Shown here: positions 31,616 to 41,757 of the stretch, piece after piece
Layout: the number at the start of each line of letters is the position of its first letter
Position numbering within the stretch: position 1 is the first letter of the stretch
NCBI GenBank assembly: GCA_020850535.1
Contig: JADZEM010000187.1
Coordinates: 151,840 to 215,839, forward strand
Direction: 5' to 3'
DNA from: Chloroflexota bacterium
GTDB taxonomy: Bacteria; Chloroflexota; UBA6077; JACCZL01
DNA: 64,000 bases
Notes under the pieces: generated by a model
Database searches by the model: none
What the model was told of the DNA's origin: nothing
The model's input: the letters and a program-made list of their open reading frames with translations, nothing else
Made by a program: the position numbers and the translations under genes

Positions 31616-32281
31616 TTACGGACGGCCCATCAGTGTGCGAAGCGGCGCGTACGAAAGCCGGTGAATCGGGCAGGGGCCGACGCGATCCAGGGCCTCCTGG
31701 TGGATCGCCACGCCGTACCCGACGTGCTGGTTGAAGCCGTACTCCGGGTACTCGTCGGCGTAGCGGGCCATCCAGCGGTCCCGGGTCACCTTGGCGACAA
31801 TCGACGCGGCGGCGATGGACAGGCTCCTGGCATCGCCCTCGATCAACGCGCGCTGCGGGAGCAGAACCGACCTCAGCACGAACGCATCGACCAGCAGCGC
31901 CTGGGGCTGAACCGGGAGCGCCCGCACGGCCCTGGCCATCGCCAGCTCGTTGGCGGCGGTCAACCCGAGCAGGTCGATCTCAGCGGGGGCCACCGAGCCA
32001 ACGCCGACGGCCAGCGCTGACGCCTGGATCAGCTCGAAGGCGGCAGCGCGCTGCTCGGGTGAGAGCAGCTTCGAGTCGCGCACGCCGGCCCAGCGGCCCG
32101 CCAGATCGTCGGGATCGATCTGGCCGACGATGACGGCGCCGGCCACCAGCGGTCCGGCCCAGGCACCCCGGCCGGCCTCGTCGACGCCGGCGACAAGAGA
32201 AAAGCCGCCCTGCTGGAGGGCGGCTTCCTCATCGAGGTGGGGTCGTCTGCCGGGGCCAGCGCCCCGCTGAGACGCCGTCAC
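31616..32281 (-). CDS. rnhB: ribonuclease HII
   Basis: VAGVDEAGRGAWAGPLVAGAV and DSK motifs. Confidence 0.85.
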   Translation of the reverse strand: MTASQRGAGPGRRPHLDEEAALQQGGFSLVAGVDEAGRGAWAGPLVAGAVIVGQIDPDDLAGRWAGVRDSKLLSPEQRAAAFELIQASALAVGVGSVAPAEIDLLGLTAANELAMARAVRALPVQPQALLVDAFVLRSVLLPQRALIEGDARSLSIAAASIVAKVTRDRWMARYADEYPEYGFNQHVGYGVAIHQEALDRVGPCPIHRLSYAPLRTLMGRP

Positions 32282-32294
32282 GCCAGGATGCGCC

Positions 32295-32672
32295 TCAGGC
32301 GCGGTTCTTCGTTGACACGGGCCGCCGCTCCTTGATGCGGGCAGCCTTCCCGGTCAGCTCGCGGAGGTAGTACAGCTTGGCGCGGCGAACGATACCGCGA
32401 CGCGCAACCTCGACCTTGTCCACGCGCGGCGAGTTGTACATGAACGTACGCTCGACCCCGACGCTGTGGCTGGCGATGCGCCGCACCGTGAAGGTGCCTT
32501 CTGGTGACTTCGGCCGGTGCGTGGCGATCACGACGCCCTCGAAGACCTGAAGCCGCTCGCGGCTGCCTTCGACGACGCGGACGGATACGCGGACAGTGTC
32601 TCCCTCGGAGAAATCGGGCAGCGACTCCGCTCGCGGAGTCGCCATAAGCTGGGCTACATCGGGCATGCTCAT
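32295..32672 (-). CDS. rplS: 50S ribosomal protein L19
   Basis: [27 protein letters not shown] signature. Confidence 0.9.
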   Translation of the reverse strand: MSMPDVAQLMATPRAESLPDFSEGDTVRVSVRVVEGSRERLQVFEGVVIATHRPKSPEGTFTVRRIASHSVGVERTFMYNSPRVDKVEVARRGIVRRAKLYYLRELTGKAARIKERRPVSTKNRA

Positions 32673-32732
32673 CCACCTGGCGTGTTAGCTCTCGATCCGA
32701 ACAACGGAGCAGTATACCCAGAATGCGCGCAG

Positions 32733-34649
32733 TCAGACCACGCGACGGCGCGTTCTGGCCTTCTTGCGGTCCGCCGCCGTCGCCAGAATCGAAGTGACGC
32801 GTCGTCCGAGCGCCTCCAGACGGGCGACGCTGAGGACCGCTTCGAGTTGTAGCCGCGTGGCCGTCAGATCGCGCTGCCCGTCCACGACCTCGGGAGCGAC
32901 TCGCCGCGCGATCTCCAGGCCCATCCAGGCTGCCTCGGCGGCACTCCCAGAGAGCGCCGCTGCTCGCCCAGGCTGAGCCGGCTCGGCGCGAATGCCCGGA
33001 TCGATGTCCACCGGCAGGCCAGCCGCCGCCAGCTCGGCCAGGAGCGACGGCAGCGCCGCACCAGCAACTCGCGCCTGAGTGGGTGAGAGCAGCTCAGCCA
33101 CGCCATCGGCGGCGGCGGGCACACCCAGCGCCTCGGCCAGAAGCGCCGGGTCGCCGGCCGACAGGATCAGCCCGGCCGTCAAGCGCAACCGCCCCTCGTC
33201 GCGCGTCCAGCGGTCGATGCTCACTCCCCAGGAGGTGGGGACGGCGTCCCCCGTGAGATTCGCCAGCAATTGGAGCAGAACCTCGCTGCTGCCGCCAGCC
33301 CGCTCGGCGCGCTCCAATGACGGCGGCGTCAAACGGTAGCGTCGCCCGCCCTCGTCTGCTCCGACATAGTGCAGGTACGGCTCGACGCGGTACAGCGCCG
33401 CGAGATCAGCGCCCGGCGGGGCGGTCAGCGCCAGGTCATCGGTCGCCAGACAGGGGCGGGGCGCAATGGGTGTCTCGCCCTCCGGCCGACCGGACACCAG
33501 CCCGCGCAGCTCCGGAGTCGGCTGCACGAGCGTCCACGGCTCTGCGGTGCGTCCCCAGGTCACCAGCCCCAGCCAGAACCAGCGGCCGGCCAGCCATCGC
33601 GCGACCGTCCGTCTGACCTGATCTGGTCGGAGCGGACGCGCGCCGCCAGCGTCCGGACGGTCTGCAAGCTGCGCGGCCAGCCAGTCTGCCAGCGAGGCGG
33701 CCTCGACCCAGGCGTCGGCCGGCTGCTCGCTCAGCAGTTGGAGGGCATCGGCCTGGAGTCGGCGCGAACGATGTGCAGCGTCAGCCGGGGCCGATGCCCC
33801 TCCCTCTGGACGCGCCGGGCCAGCCGACAGCGCGCGGGCGGGGAGAACGGCAGCGTCGCGCAACAGCCGGTCCACAAGGTCGTCGTGTGGGCGGGGAAAC
33901 GCGTCCCGGCTGATCCAGCCGGCCCGCTGGGCCAGCCAGAGCAGGAATCGCCACCGCTGTACGGGCTGGCCGGGACCGGCTCCTGATCGCGCTCGCAGCC
34001 GCCCCAGGATCTGCCCGACGCTGCGTGGCGGCTGCCCGGCCAGCACGCGCGACGGTGCGTTCCAGACCTCGCGGCGCAGCGCGCTCGCCAGCACGAAGAG
34101 ATCGTCCGCCACCCGGCAGCGGGCGACGGCTGCTGGTTGCGCCGCGCCTGACTCGACGCCGGCCACACGGGGATCGTCGGCCAGCACCTGGGCGCCCGCG
34201 CGCAGCTCCTCCGGCAGCACGAGGTACACGCCCTGGCGCTGCTCATCCGCCTCGAACTGGCGGTACAGCAGGCCTCCCTCCACGAGCGTCGTGACGGTCG
34301 CGTGAAAGGCCCGCATCGCCGCATCGTAGGCGTCGCCGGCCGGCCGGGTGATCAGCCGGCGCGCCAGCAGGTCAAGCTCGTGGCGACCACCCGCGCGCAC
34401 CAGTGCGCCCAGGATCCTGCGCTCGCCCGGCGGACGGGACTGCCAGAACAACGGCTCGGAGACTGCCGCCTCCAGGCGCGCCGCGATCAGCTCGACCAGC
34501 TCGCGCCGAAGCGTCCCGGCCTCGATCTCCAGGCTCCAGGCCGCGGCGATCCGCGCCAATTGACCGCTGGAACACCCCTGGAGCACCTGACGCAGCCGCA
34601 TGCCGTGAGCGTACCAGAGCGCCGCCCCGAGAAATCGACAATCCGCCAT
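32733..34649 (-). CDS. hypothetical protein, 638 aa, Ala/Arg/Leu-rich, no recognisable catalytic motif
   Basis: Long ORF with genome-typical GC3, directly upstream of rplS on the same strand. No family assignable from sequence alone. Confidence 0.5.
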   Translation of the reverse strand: MADCRFLGAALWYAHGMRLRQVLQGCSSGQLARIAAAWSLEIEAGTLRRELVELIAARLEAAVSEPLFWQSRPPGERRILGALVRAGGRHELDLLARRLITRPAGDAYDAAMRAFHATVTTLVEGGLLYRQFEADEQRQGVYLVLPEELRAGAQVLADDPRVAGVESGAAQPAAVARCRVADDLFVLASALRREVWNAPSRVLAGQPPRSVGQILGRLRARSGAGPGQPVQRWRFLLWLAQRAGWISRDAFPRPHDDLVDRLLRDAAVLPARALSAGPARPEGGASAPADAAHRSRRLQADALQLLSEQPADAWVEAASLADWLAAQLADRPDAGGARPLRPDQVRRTVARWLAGRWFWLGLVTWGRTAEPWTLVQPTPELRGLVSGRPEGETPIAPRPCLATDDLALTAPPGADLAALYRVEPYLHYVGADEGGRRYRLTPPSLERAERAGGSSEVLLQLLANLTGDAVPTSWGVSIDRWTRDEGRLRLTAGLILSAGDPALLAEALGVPAAADGVAELLSPTQARVAGAALPSLLAELAAAGLPVDIDPGIRAEPAQPGRAAALSGSAAEAAWMGLEIARRVAPEVVDGQRDLTATRLQLEAVLSVARLEALGRRVTSILATAADRKKARTRRRVV

Positions 34650-34716
34650 TCTGTCAAAATGTCGATGCTGTCAGCGGGGGTATCCCGCCCGCGCCGCACT
34701 CGGCGGCCGTTCCCGC

Positions 34717-36951
34717 CTACTCGAAGCGGGCCTCCAGGCTCGGCGGCTCGACCACGACCGCCACCGGGGCGGCCTGGGTCACGTCCACGCGCACCTCGTT
34801 GCCCTCGCGGTGAACGTCGAGGTCGATCTGGTGCGAGCCGACCGTCAACCGCCGCATCGACAGATGGGTGACGGCCTTCGGCAACGTCGGCCGGAGCGTC
34901 ACGCGCCCGGCCGCCGCGTCCACCCGCAGGCCCAGCAGCGACTGCACGATCAGGAACACGCTGCCGGCCGCCCACGCCTGCGGACTGCACGAGACCGGAT
35001 ACTGCGCCGGCATCGAGTAGTAGCGGCGGTCCCGGGCGAAGCCGCAGTACAGCTCCGGCAGCCGATACAGCGGGAAGCGAACGGCGGCATCCAGCATCTC
35101 CTGCGAGACCCGGACGGCGCGCTCGTCCATGCCGTACCGCTTCAGGCCAGCCACCAGGATCGAGTTGTCGTGCGGCCAGACCGAGCCGTTGTGGTAGCTC
35201 ATCGGGTTGAACGAGCGTTCCTTGCTGCTCAGGGTCCGCACGCCCCAGCCGCAGAGCATGTCGTCCTGCACCAGGCGATCCGAGACCGCCCAGGCCGGCC
35301 CCTGATCCAGCAGGCCGGTCCACAGGCAGTGACCGACGTTTGAAGTGACGGTCAGCAGCGGGCGCTTGCTGGAGTCGAGCGCCGCCGCGAAGTACTGGTC
35401 CGACGCCGACCACCAGCGCTCCTGGAACCGGGCGCGCAGATCGTCCGCTCGGGCCTGGCAGTGGGCCGCCCGTTCGTCGTCGCCGAGCGCACGATACAGC
35501 ACGCCGGCATCGATCAGGGCCGCGTAGACGTACCCTTGCACCTCGACCAGCGCGATGGGCGGCTCGGCCTGCGAACCGTCGCGGTGGCGGGTCGAGTCTG
35601 CCGAGTCCTTCCAGCCCTGGTTCCGGATGCCGCGCGTCGAGCGGCAGAGGTACTCGACAAAGCCATCGCCGTCGAGATCCCCGAACTGCTCGATCCACCC
35701 CAGCGCGGCGTCGAGGTTCGGGCGCAGTTGTTGGAGCAGCGCCAGGTCGTTCGTCCAGCGCCAATACGCGCCCAGTGTCATGATCCAGAGGGGCGTCGCA
35801 TCCACGCTGCCGTAGTACGGCGTGTGCGGCACCTGCCCGAGCGCCGCCAGCTCCCCCAGGCGGATCTCGTGGAGGATCTTGCCGGGCTGCTCGTCGCGGA
35901 AGTCGTTGACCTGCTTGCCCTGGTGCTCGGCCAGGAAGATCAGCGAGGCCCGCGCGATGTCCGGCTGCAAGCTGAGTGTCTGGAGGGCGGTAATCAGGCT
36001 GTCCCGCCCGAACGGCACGCTGAACCAGGGGATGCCCGCCGAGGGCAGGTATCCGTCGTCCACGCGGTCGCTGAGCAGCCGCAGGTCATGCAGCGACCGT
36101 TTGAGGACGGCGTTCAGCACCTCGTCGTCGGTCACGATCTCGGTGCAGGTCGACTCCCACTCGTCGTAGGAGCCGCGCATCTGGGTGAACGCCGTGTCGA
36201 GCGCGGCCGGCCCACCGTTCTGCGGCAACAGATCGCCCTGACTCACGCGGACCTCAGAGGTCAGGCTGACGAACTGCCCGGACGGCACGTCCAGCTCGAA
36301 AACGGCGGCAGCGGTCGGCGGGCGGATCGGGGCCTCGGCGCGCGGGTCGCCGGCCCCACTGATGCCAGGGATCAGCTCCAGAGCGCCAGCCGGCAGCGGG
36401 TCTGGCTCTTGCACCTCGACGCGCACAGGCGGCCGGTCGAAGCGGACCCTCGTCTCGCGCCGCAACTGATCCAGCCCCACGTACCCGAGGACGACCTCGT
36501 TGCCCTCGACGCGCGGCTGGTCGATGTCCCCGTGCTTGGAGCGACGTGCATACCCCCGGATGTCGAACATGTCGCGGAAGTCCGAGCCAAAGCGCAGCGT
36601 CAGGGTCAAGGTGACGGGGAAGGCGTTGTAGTTGAAGATCCCGATGCGCTCGTGCAGGGCCGCGTGCAGAAAGCGGTTCCGCCGAATGCTGAGCGAGCGG
36701 GCCGGCACGTCCAGGCCGTCCGCCGTCTGAAACGCCTGATTGGCGAACTGCAGCGTCATCATGAAGTTGTGCTCGCCTGATGACGACAGCAGCTGCGGCG
36801 ACCCGGTGTTCAGCTCCAGGTCGAAGACGCTCAGGAAGCGTGTATCGTGCCAGTACAGGCCGCTGCCGTCCTGGTTGTGCGCGGCGATGTTGCCATTGCC
36901 GTCGCACACCAGGAACATCTGGTGCTCTTTCAGCACGATTCGGTCGAGCAC
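34717..36951 (-). CDS. glycogen debranching enzyme / amylo-alpha-1,6-glucosidase family protein (GDE N-terminal plus (alpha/alpha)6 barrel)
   Basis: N-terminal KEHQMFLVCDGNGNI...GLYWHDTRFLS matches the archaeal-type GDE N-domain. The C-terminal part shows the (alpha/alpha)6 glucoamylase-like pattern. Confidence 0.65.
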   Translation of the reverse strand: MLDRIVLKEHQMFLVCDGNGNIAAHNQDGSGLYWHDTRFLSVFDLELNTGSPQLLSSSGEHNFMMTLQFANQAFQTADGLDVPARSLSIRRNRFLHAALHERIGIFNYNAFPVTLTLTLRFGSDFRDMFDIRGYARRSKHGDIDQPRVEGNEVVLGYVGLDQLRRETRVRFDRPPVRVEVQEPDPLPAGALELIPGISGAGDPRAEAPIRPPTAAAVFELDVPSGQFVSLTSEVRVSQGDLLPQNGGPAALDTAFTQMRGSYDEWESTCTEIVTDDEVLNAVLKRSLHDLRLLSDRVDDGYLPSAGIPWFSVPFGRDSLITALQTLSLQPDIARASLIFLAEHQGKQVNDFRDEQPGKILHEIRLGELAALGQVPHTPYYGSVDATPLWIMTLGAYWRWTNDLALLQQLRPNLDAALGWIEQFGDLDGDGFVEYLCRSTRGIRNQGWKDSADSTRHRDGSQAEPPIALVEVQGYVYAALIDAGVLYRALGDDERAAHCQARADDLRARFQERWWSASDQYFAAALDSSKRPLLTVTSNVGHCLWTGLLDQGPAWAVSDRLVQDDMLCGWGVRTLSSKERSFNPMSYHNGSVWPHDNSILVAGLKRYGMDERAVRVSQEMLDAAVRFPLYRLPELYCGFARDRRYYSMPAQYPVSCSPQAWAAGSVFLIVQSLLGLRVDAAAGRVTLRPTLPKAVTHLSMRRLTVGSHQIDLDVHREGNEVRVDVTQAAPVAVVVEPPSLEARFE

Positions 36952-37023
36952 GAGCCGCGCCTCCCGCCAAACGGTGTGTGGACAGCATAGCGCGTGCCGG
37001 CTCGCAGCGGGTGAGGTCGCTCC

Positions 37024-38307
37024 CTACGGCAGCGCCCCCGTGAAGATCGTCTTCTCGCGTTCCTGACCGACGCCGATCAGCCCGGCCGGCGCCCCCACAC
37101 AATCCTCGATCAGCTTCACGTACGCCTGTGCCTGCCCCGGCAGATCTTTCCAGGTCTGCGCGTCGCCGGTCGGCGTGCCCCACCCGGAGACGCCCTCGTA
37201 GACCGGTGTACAGTACGCCAGATCCTCGATCTGACTCGGGATGTGCTCGACGCGCTGGCCGTTCATCTCGTACGCCACACAGACCCGCAGCTCGTCCAGC
37301 TCGTCCAGGATGTCGATGCGCGTCAGCGCGATAGTGTGGAACCCGTTCACGTTCATCGAGTGGCGCGCGGCGACGGCATCGAACCAGCCCACTCGACGCG
37401 GCCGGCCGGTCGTCGTGCCGTACTCGTGACCGCGCTCGCGAATGTAGTCCCCGGTCGCATCGGCCAGCTCGGACGGCATCGCACCGGCCCCGACGCGGGA
37501 CTGGTACGCCTTGAACACCCCGATGGCGTTGGTCAGGTGCTTCGGGCCGATGCCGGCCCCGTTGAGCAGCCCGCCCACCGTGCACGACGTGGTCGTGACG
37601 TACGGATACGTCCCATGATCGAGGTCGAGCAGCGTCCCGTGCCCGCCCTCCAGCAGGATGGTCCGGCCGTCCTTGATCGCCTGTTCGAGGATCGGCTCGG
37701 ACTCGGCGATGTACTTCCCGAGACGTTCGGCGTGCCCGCGATACCGCTCGATGATGGCATCGGCGTCAACCGGGTCCGCGCCGTAGATCTTCTCGAGCAG
37801 CACGTTCTTGCGGGAGACGTTCGTCCGGACCTTCTGGGCCAGCCGATCCAGGTGCAGCAGATCGCCCGCCACGATCCCGCCGCGCGCCACCTTGTCAGCG
37901 TAGGTCGGCCCGATGCCCTTGCCGGTCGTCCCGATAGCGCCCTGACCACGGGCCTGCTCTTCGAGTCGGTCGAACAGCGGGTGATACGGCATCACGAGGT
38001 GCGCGCGGGCGCTGATGACGAGGTTGTCTGTCACCACGCCCCGGCGCGCCAGCTCGTCCATCTCGGAGAGGAGCGTTTCGGGATTCAGCGCGACGCCCGG
38101 GCCGATCAGGCAGCGGGTCTGCTCGTTGAAGATCCCGGCGGGCACGAGGTGCAGGGCGAACTTGCCGCGCGGGTTGACGACGGTATGGCCGGCGTTGTCG
38201 CCGCCCTGGGCCCTGACGACGACGTGGGCACGTCCCGCCAGCAGATCGATGATCTTCCCCTTGCCCTCGTCACCCCACTGGCCACCAACAACGGCGAGAA
38301 CCGGCAT
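37024..38307 (-). CDS. purA: adenylosuccinate synthetase
   Basis: GGQWGDEGKGK P-loop and GHTV motifs. Confidence 0.9.
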   Translation of the reverse strand: MPVLAVVGGQWGDEGKGKIIDLLAGRAHVVVRAQGGDNAGHTVVNPRGKFALHLVPAGIFNEQTRCLIGPGVALNPETLLSEMDELARRGVVTDNLVISARAHLVMPYHPLFDRLEEQARGQGAIGTTGKGIGPTYADKVARGGIVAGDLLHLDRLAQKVRTNVSRKNVLLEKIYGADPVDADAIIERYRGHAERLGKYIAESEPILEQAIKDGRTILLEGGHGTLLDLDHGTYPYVTTTSCTVGGLLNGAGIGPKHLTNAIGVFKAYQSRVGAGAMPSELADATGDYIRERGHEYGTTTGRPRRVGWFDAVAARHSMNVNGFHTIALTRIDILDELDELRVCVAYEMNGQRVEHIPSQIEDLAYCTPVYEGVSGWGTPTGDAQTWKDLPGQAQAYVKLIEDCVGAPAGLIGVGQEREKTIFTGALP

Positions 38308-38443
38308 CGCTCGGCTCCTTACGGTGATGCGCCGCCGGCGAATCCGGCCGCGCTCGCGCGTAGAGTCGCGCCGTTGCGTGAGTATAGCAGGGAGCGCGAA
38401 GCCGTCAGTGGTCAGCCAATGGCAAGCGACGCCTGACCGCTCG

Positions 38444-39454
38444 CTAGATCAGCGCGGCCCGGTTGCCGTAGTTCTTCTTGTAGTACTCGAGGTACTCGCC
38501 CGACTTCAGCGGTCGCCACCATGCCTCGTTGTCGACGTACCAGTCCACCGTGGCATTCAGTGAGGTCTCGAACGTGTAGTCCGGCTCCCAGCCCAACGCC
38601 TTCAGCTTCGAGCAGTCGACGCTGTAGCGGCGGTCGTGGCCCGGCCGGTCTGGCACGAAGGTCATCAAGCTCTCGGACTTGCCCAGCCGCGCGAGGATCG
38701 CCTTCGCCAGCACGATGGTGTTGATCTCGTTGCCGCCGCCCACGTTGTAGATCTCGCCGGGCGTGCCCTTCCGCAGGACCGTGTCGATGCCGGCGCAGTG
38801 GTCGGTCACGAAGATGTAGTCGCGCAGCGCGCCGCCGTCGCCGTAGATCGGCAGGGCAATGTCGTCGATGGCGTTCGTCACGAAGACGGGTACCACCTTC
38901 TCGGGGAACTGGTACGGCCCGACGTTGTTCGAGCCCCGCGTGATCAGGACCGGCAGGTCGTACGTCGTCTTGTAGGCCAGCACCATCAGGTCGCCGCCGG
39001 CCTTGCTGGCAGCGTACGGGCTGCGCGGCTCCAGCTGATCAGTCTCCTTCGAGTGACCGGTGGGGACGCTGCCGTAGACCTCGTCCGTGCTGACCTGGAG
39101 GAACCGCCCCAGCCTCGCCTTGCGGGCCGCTTCGAGCAGGATCCAGGTGCCGCGCACGTCCGTCTCGATGAACGCGCCGGCGTCCAGGATCGAGCGGTCC
39201 ACGTGGGTCTCGGCCGCGAAGTTGACCACGGCGTCCACCGAGGCCACCAGCGGCTCGACCACCGCCGCATCGGCGATGTCGCCCTGGACGAAGCTGAACC
39301 GGGCGTTGCCGCGCAGATCCGCGAAGTTTTGCGGGTTGCCCGCATAGGTCAGCTTATCCAGCACGACGATCTGGTCGTCGGGATACCGGCTCAGCACGTA
39401 CCGCGCGAAGTTGCTGCCGATGAACCCAGCCCCGCCGGTCACGAGCAACTTCAT
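38444..39454 (-). CDS. rfbB: dTDP-glucose 4,6-dehydratase
   Basis: MKLLVTGGAGFIGSNF Rossmann motif and YAASKAG (YxxxK). Confidence 0.9.
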   Translation of the reverse strand: MKLLVTGGAGFIGSNFARYVLSRYPDDQIVVLDKLTYAGNPQNFADLRGNARFSFVQGDIADAAVVEPLVASVDAVVNFAAETHVDRSILDAGAFIETDVRGTWILLEAARKARLGRFLQVSTDEVYGSVPTGHSKETDQLEPRSPYAASKAGGDLMVLAYKTTYDLPVLITRGSNNVGPYQFPEKVVPVFVTNAIDDIALPIYGDGGALRDYIFVTDHCAGIDTVLRKGTPGEIYNVGGGNEINTIVLAKAILARLGKSESLMTFVPDRPGHDRRYSVDCSKLKALGWEPDYTFETSLNATVDWYVDNEAWWRPLKSGEYLEYYKKNYGNRAALI

Positions 39455-40221
39455 CAGGAGACCCCCGCCCCGCCGGTGACGGTCTTCTTGTTGACGCCGT
39501 GCGCCCTGACGTAGTCGATCACGTCGTAGTACACGTCAATCGACTCGCCGGCGTCGCCCCAGAAGCCGTTGATGACGTCGTACTCCATCTCGCCACGGTT
39601 GATGTAGGCGTTGTTGACGTCTGTGATCTCCAGCTCGCCGCGCGCCGATGGCTGCACCGCCGCCACGATGTCGAAGACCGAGGCGTCGTACATGTAGATG
39701 CCGATCACCGCGTACTGCGACGGCGGATCCTGCGGCTTCTCCTTGACGTAGGCGATCTTGCCGTTCTCGATCTTCGGGACGCCGAGGTGGCGCAGGTGCT
39801 GCGGGTCGCTCATCTCCTTGAGCAGCACGCGCCCGCCCCTCTCCTGCTTGCGGAAGTTCTCCACGTACGGCTCGATGGACTCTTCGAGGATGTTGTCTCC
39901 GAGCATCACGACGAACTTGTCGCCGTCGACGAAGTTCTCGGTCAACCCGAGCGCCTCGGCGATGCCGCCGGCCTTCTCCTGGTACGCGTAGCTGAGATGC
40001 TTCAGCCCAAACTCGCTGCCGTTGCCCAGCAAACGCAGGAACTCGCCCGCGTGGTTGCCGCCCGTCACCACCATGATGTCGTTGATGCCGGCGTTCACCA
40101 GCGTCTCGATGGGGTAGTAGATCATCGGCTTGGTGTAGACCGGCAGCAGGTGCTTGTTGGTGATGCGCGTCATCGGGTGGAGCCGGGTGCCCGTGCCGCC
40201 CGCCAGAATCACGCCCTTCAT
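39454..40221 (-). CDS. rfbA: glucose-1-phosphate thymidylyltransferase (short form)
   Basis: MKGVILAGGTGTRLHPMT nucleotidyltransferase motif. Start overlaps the rfbB stop. Confidence 0.85.
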   Translation of the reverse strand: MKGVILAGGTGTRLHPMTRITNKHLLPVYTKPMIYYPIETLVNAGINDIMVVTGGNHAGEFLRLLGNGSEFGLKHLSYAYQEKAGGIAEALGLTENFVDGDKFVVMLGDNILEESIEPYVENFRKQERGGRVLLKEMSDPQHLRHLGVPKIENGKIAYVKEKPQDPPSQYAVIGIYMYDASVFDIVAAVQPSARGELEITDVNNAYINRGEMEYDVINGFWGDAGESIDVYYDVIDYVRAHGVNKKTVTGGAGVS

Positions 40222-40259
40222 CGCGTCGTTCTCCTCCGCTTCGTGCGAACCAGGAAAGT

Positions 40260-40949
40260 CTACTTCGAGACGCTGAGGTAGTCGTTCTGGCCCTTCTCGG
40301 CCTTCACGTTTGTGAGCACGACGCCCAGCAGCCGTGCGCCAACCCGTTCGAGCTGTTCCCGCGCTCGGCGGGCCGGATCGCGGCGAGTGCGGCCAGAATC
40401 GACCACCAGCAGCACGCCGTCCACGCGGGCCGCCAGAATCGCGGCATCCGAGACACTCGTCACGGGCGCGGCATCCAGCAGGATGACGTCACCCTGCGCG
40501 GCAATGGTATCAAGCGCCCGCCCAAACCGCGCGGACGCGAGCAGTTCTGACGGGTTCGGGGGCGGCGGACCGGCCGCCACGACGCTCACGCCGCTCAGCC
40601 CCGTCGCCTGAAGCGGCGGCGCGAGGCCCTCGTCCAGCACCATCGAGGTCAGGCCGGGCGTGTCCGTGAGCCCGAACAGCCCGTGCAACGTCGGCCGCCG
40701 CAGGTCGCAATCCACCGCCACGATGCGCCGCCCACTCTCGGCCATCGCCGCTGCAAGGTTCGCCAGCACCACCGTCTTGCCCTCGTTGGGCGCCACGCTG
40801 GTGACCAGCAGGGTTTTCACGTCCTGATCGAGGCTGGAGAACCTGATGTTCGTGCTGAGGGATCGATACGCCTCGGCGGCTGCCGAGCGCGGAGCCTGGA
40901 TCATCACCAGGCCGGTGCCGCTCTTCGCGGTATCCGAGACGCCACTCAT
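40260..40949 (-). CDS. polysaccharide biosynthesis tyrosine autokinase (CpsD/CapB, BY-kinase ATPase)
   Basis: Walker A (PNEGKT), Walker A' (VVAVDCDLRRP) and Walker B (ILLDAAPV) motifs. Confidence 0.75.
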   Translation of the reverse strand: MSGVSDTAKSGTGLVMIQAPRSAAAEAYRSLSTNIRFSSLDQDVKTLLVTSVAPNEGKTVVLANLAAAMAESGRRIVAVDCDLRRPTLHGLFGLTDTPGLTSMVLDEGLAPPLQATGLSGVSVVAAGPPPPNPSELLASARFGRALDTIAAQGDVILLDAAPVTSVSDAAILAARVDGVLLVVDSGRTRRDPARRAREQLERVGARLLGVVLTNVKAEKGQNDYLSVSK

Positions 40950-41614
40950 CGAGCTTGCTCCGTCGCTCGTCCGACCACCGACGGCGTGTCTGCCGGCGTG
41001 CTGGCGCGGGCATCGGCGCGGGGAATCCGTCCGAGCACGACGGTCCCGAGCGCCTTCTCCACATCAGCGGCGGTCTTGAGCGTGTCATCAAGATAGTCGA
41101 CGATCAGGGCCAGGAGCGCCCCGACCAGCAGCCCGAGCAGCAGCGCCACTCCGGCGATCGCACGAGTTTGCGGCCAGACCAGCCGCGCAGGCGACGGCCG
41201 GTCGAGGATCGAGACGATGGCGCGGTCGCCGGTCGGGATGCCCTGGTTGCGGGCCGCGTGCTGCTCCTCGAAGACCTGCGCCGTCGCCAGCACGATGGTC
41301 TCGACGCGGCCGGGGTTCACGTCATCTGCTTCGATCTGGATCTGCCCGCTCGGCACAATCGCCTCGGCGCGCAGCTTGTCGAGGACGGCCTGCGCGCCCA
41401 GGTCGAGCCGCTGCCGCTGATCGACCTCGCGGGCAACATCTGTCGTGCGGACACGCTGCGCGAGCTGCGGCAGCTGCCGTTCGAGCGCGAGCTGCTGGCC
41501 GTTGTCGAAGCGCGCGCTGACTTCGAGTCGGATCGACGACCGGTAGATCGGCGTCTGCATCCGTGCGTAGACCATAGCCACGGCTGTGGCGCTGATGGCG
41601 ACCAACAGTATCAC
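40946..41614 (-). CDS. Wzz/CpsC-like chain-length determinant (polysaccharide co-polymerase) membrane protein
   Basis: N- and C-terminal TM helices flanking a periplasmic coiled region. 4-bp overlap with the BY-kinase gene, which is typical of CpsC-CpsD pairs. Confidence 0.6.
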   Translation of the reverse strand: MILLVAISATAVAMVYARMQTPIYRSSIRLEVSARFDNGQQLALERQLPQLAQRVRTTDVAREVDQRQRLDLGAQAVLDKLRAEAIVPSGQIQIEADDVNPGRVETIVLATAQVFEEQHAARNQGIPTGDRAIVSILDRPSPARLVWPQTRAIAGVALLLGLLVGALLALIVDYLDDTLKTAADVEKALGTVVLGRIPRADARASTPADTPSVVGRATEQAR

Positions 41615-41757
41615 CCACCAGCGCCGGCGCAGAATTCCGAGCGAGTCCCTCAGGTCCAGAACAAACCTCGACCACCTGGCGACGACCCGGCCGTGTCGTC
41701 ACGGCGCGGGATTATGCGGACGCCTTTTGCATGCTGTCAAGATATGCGAGCCGTCGT

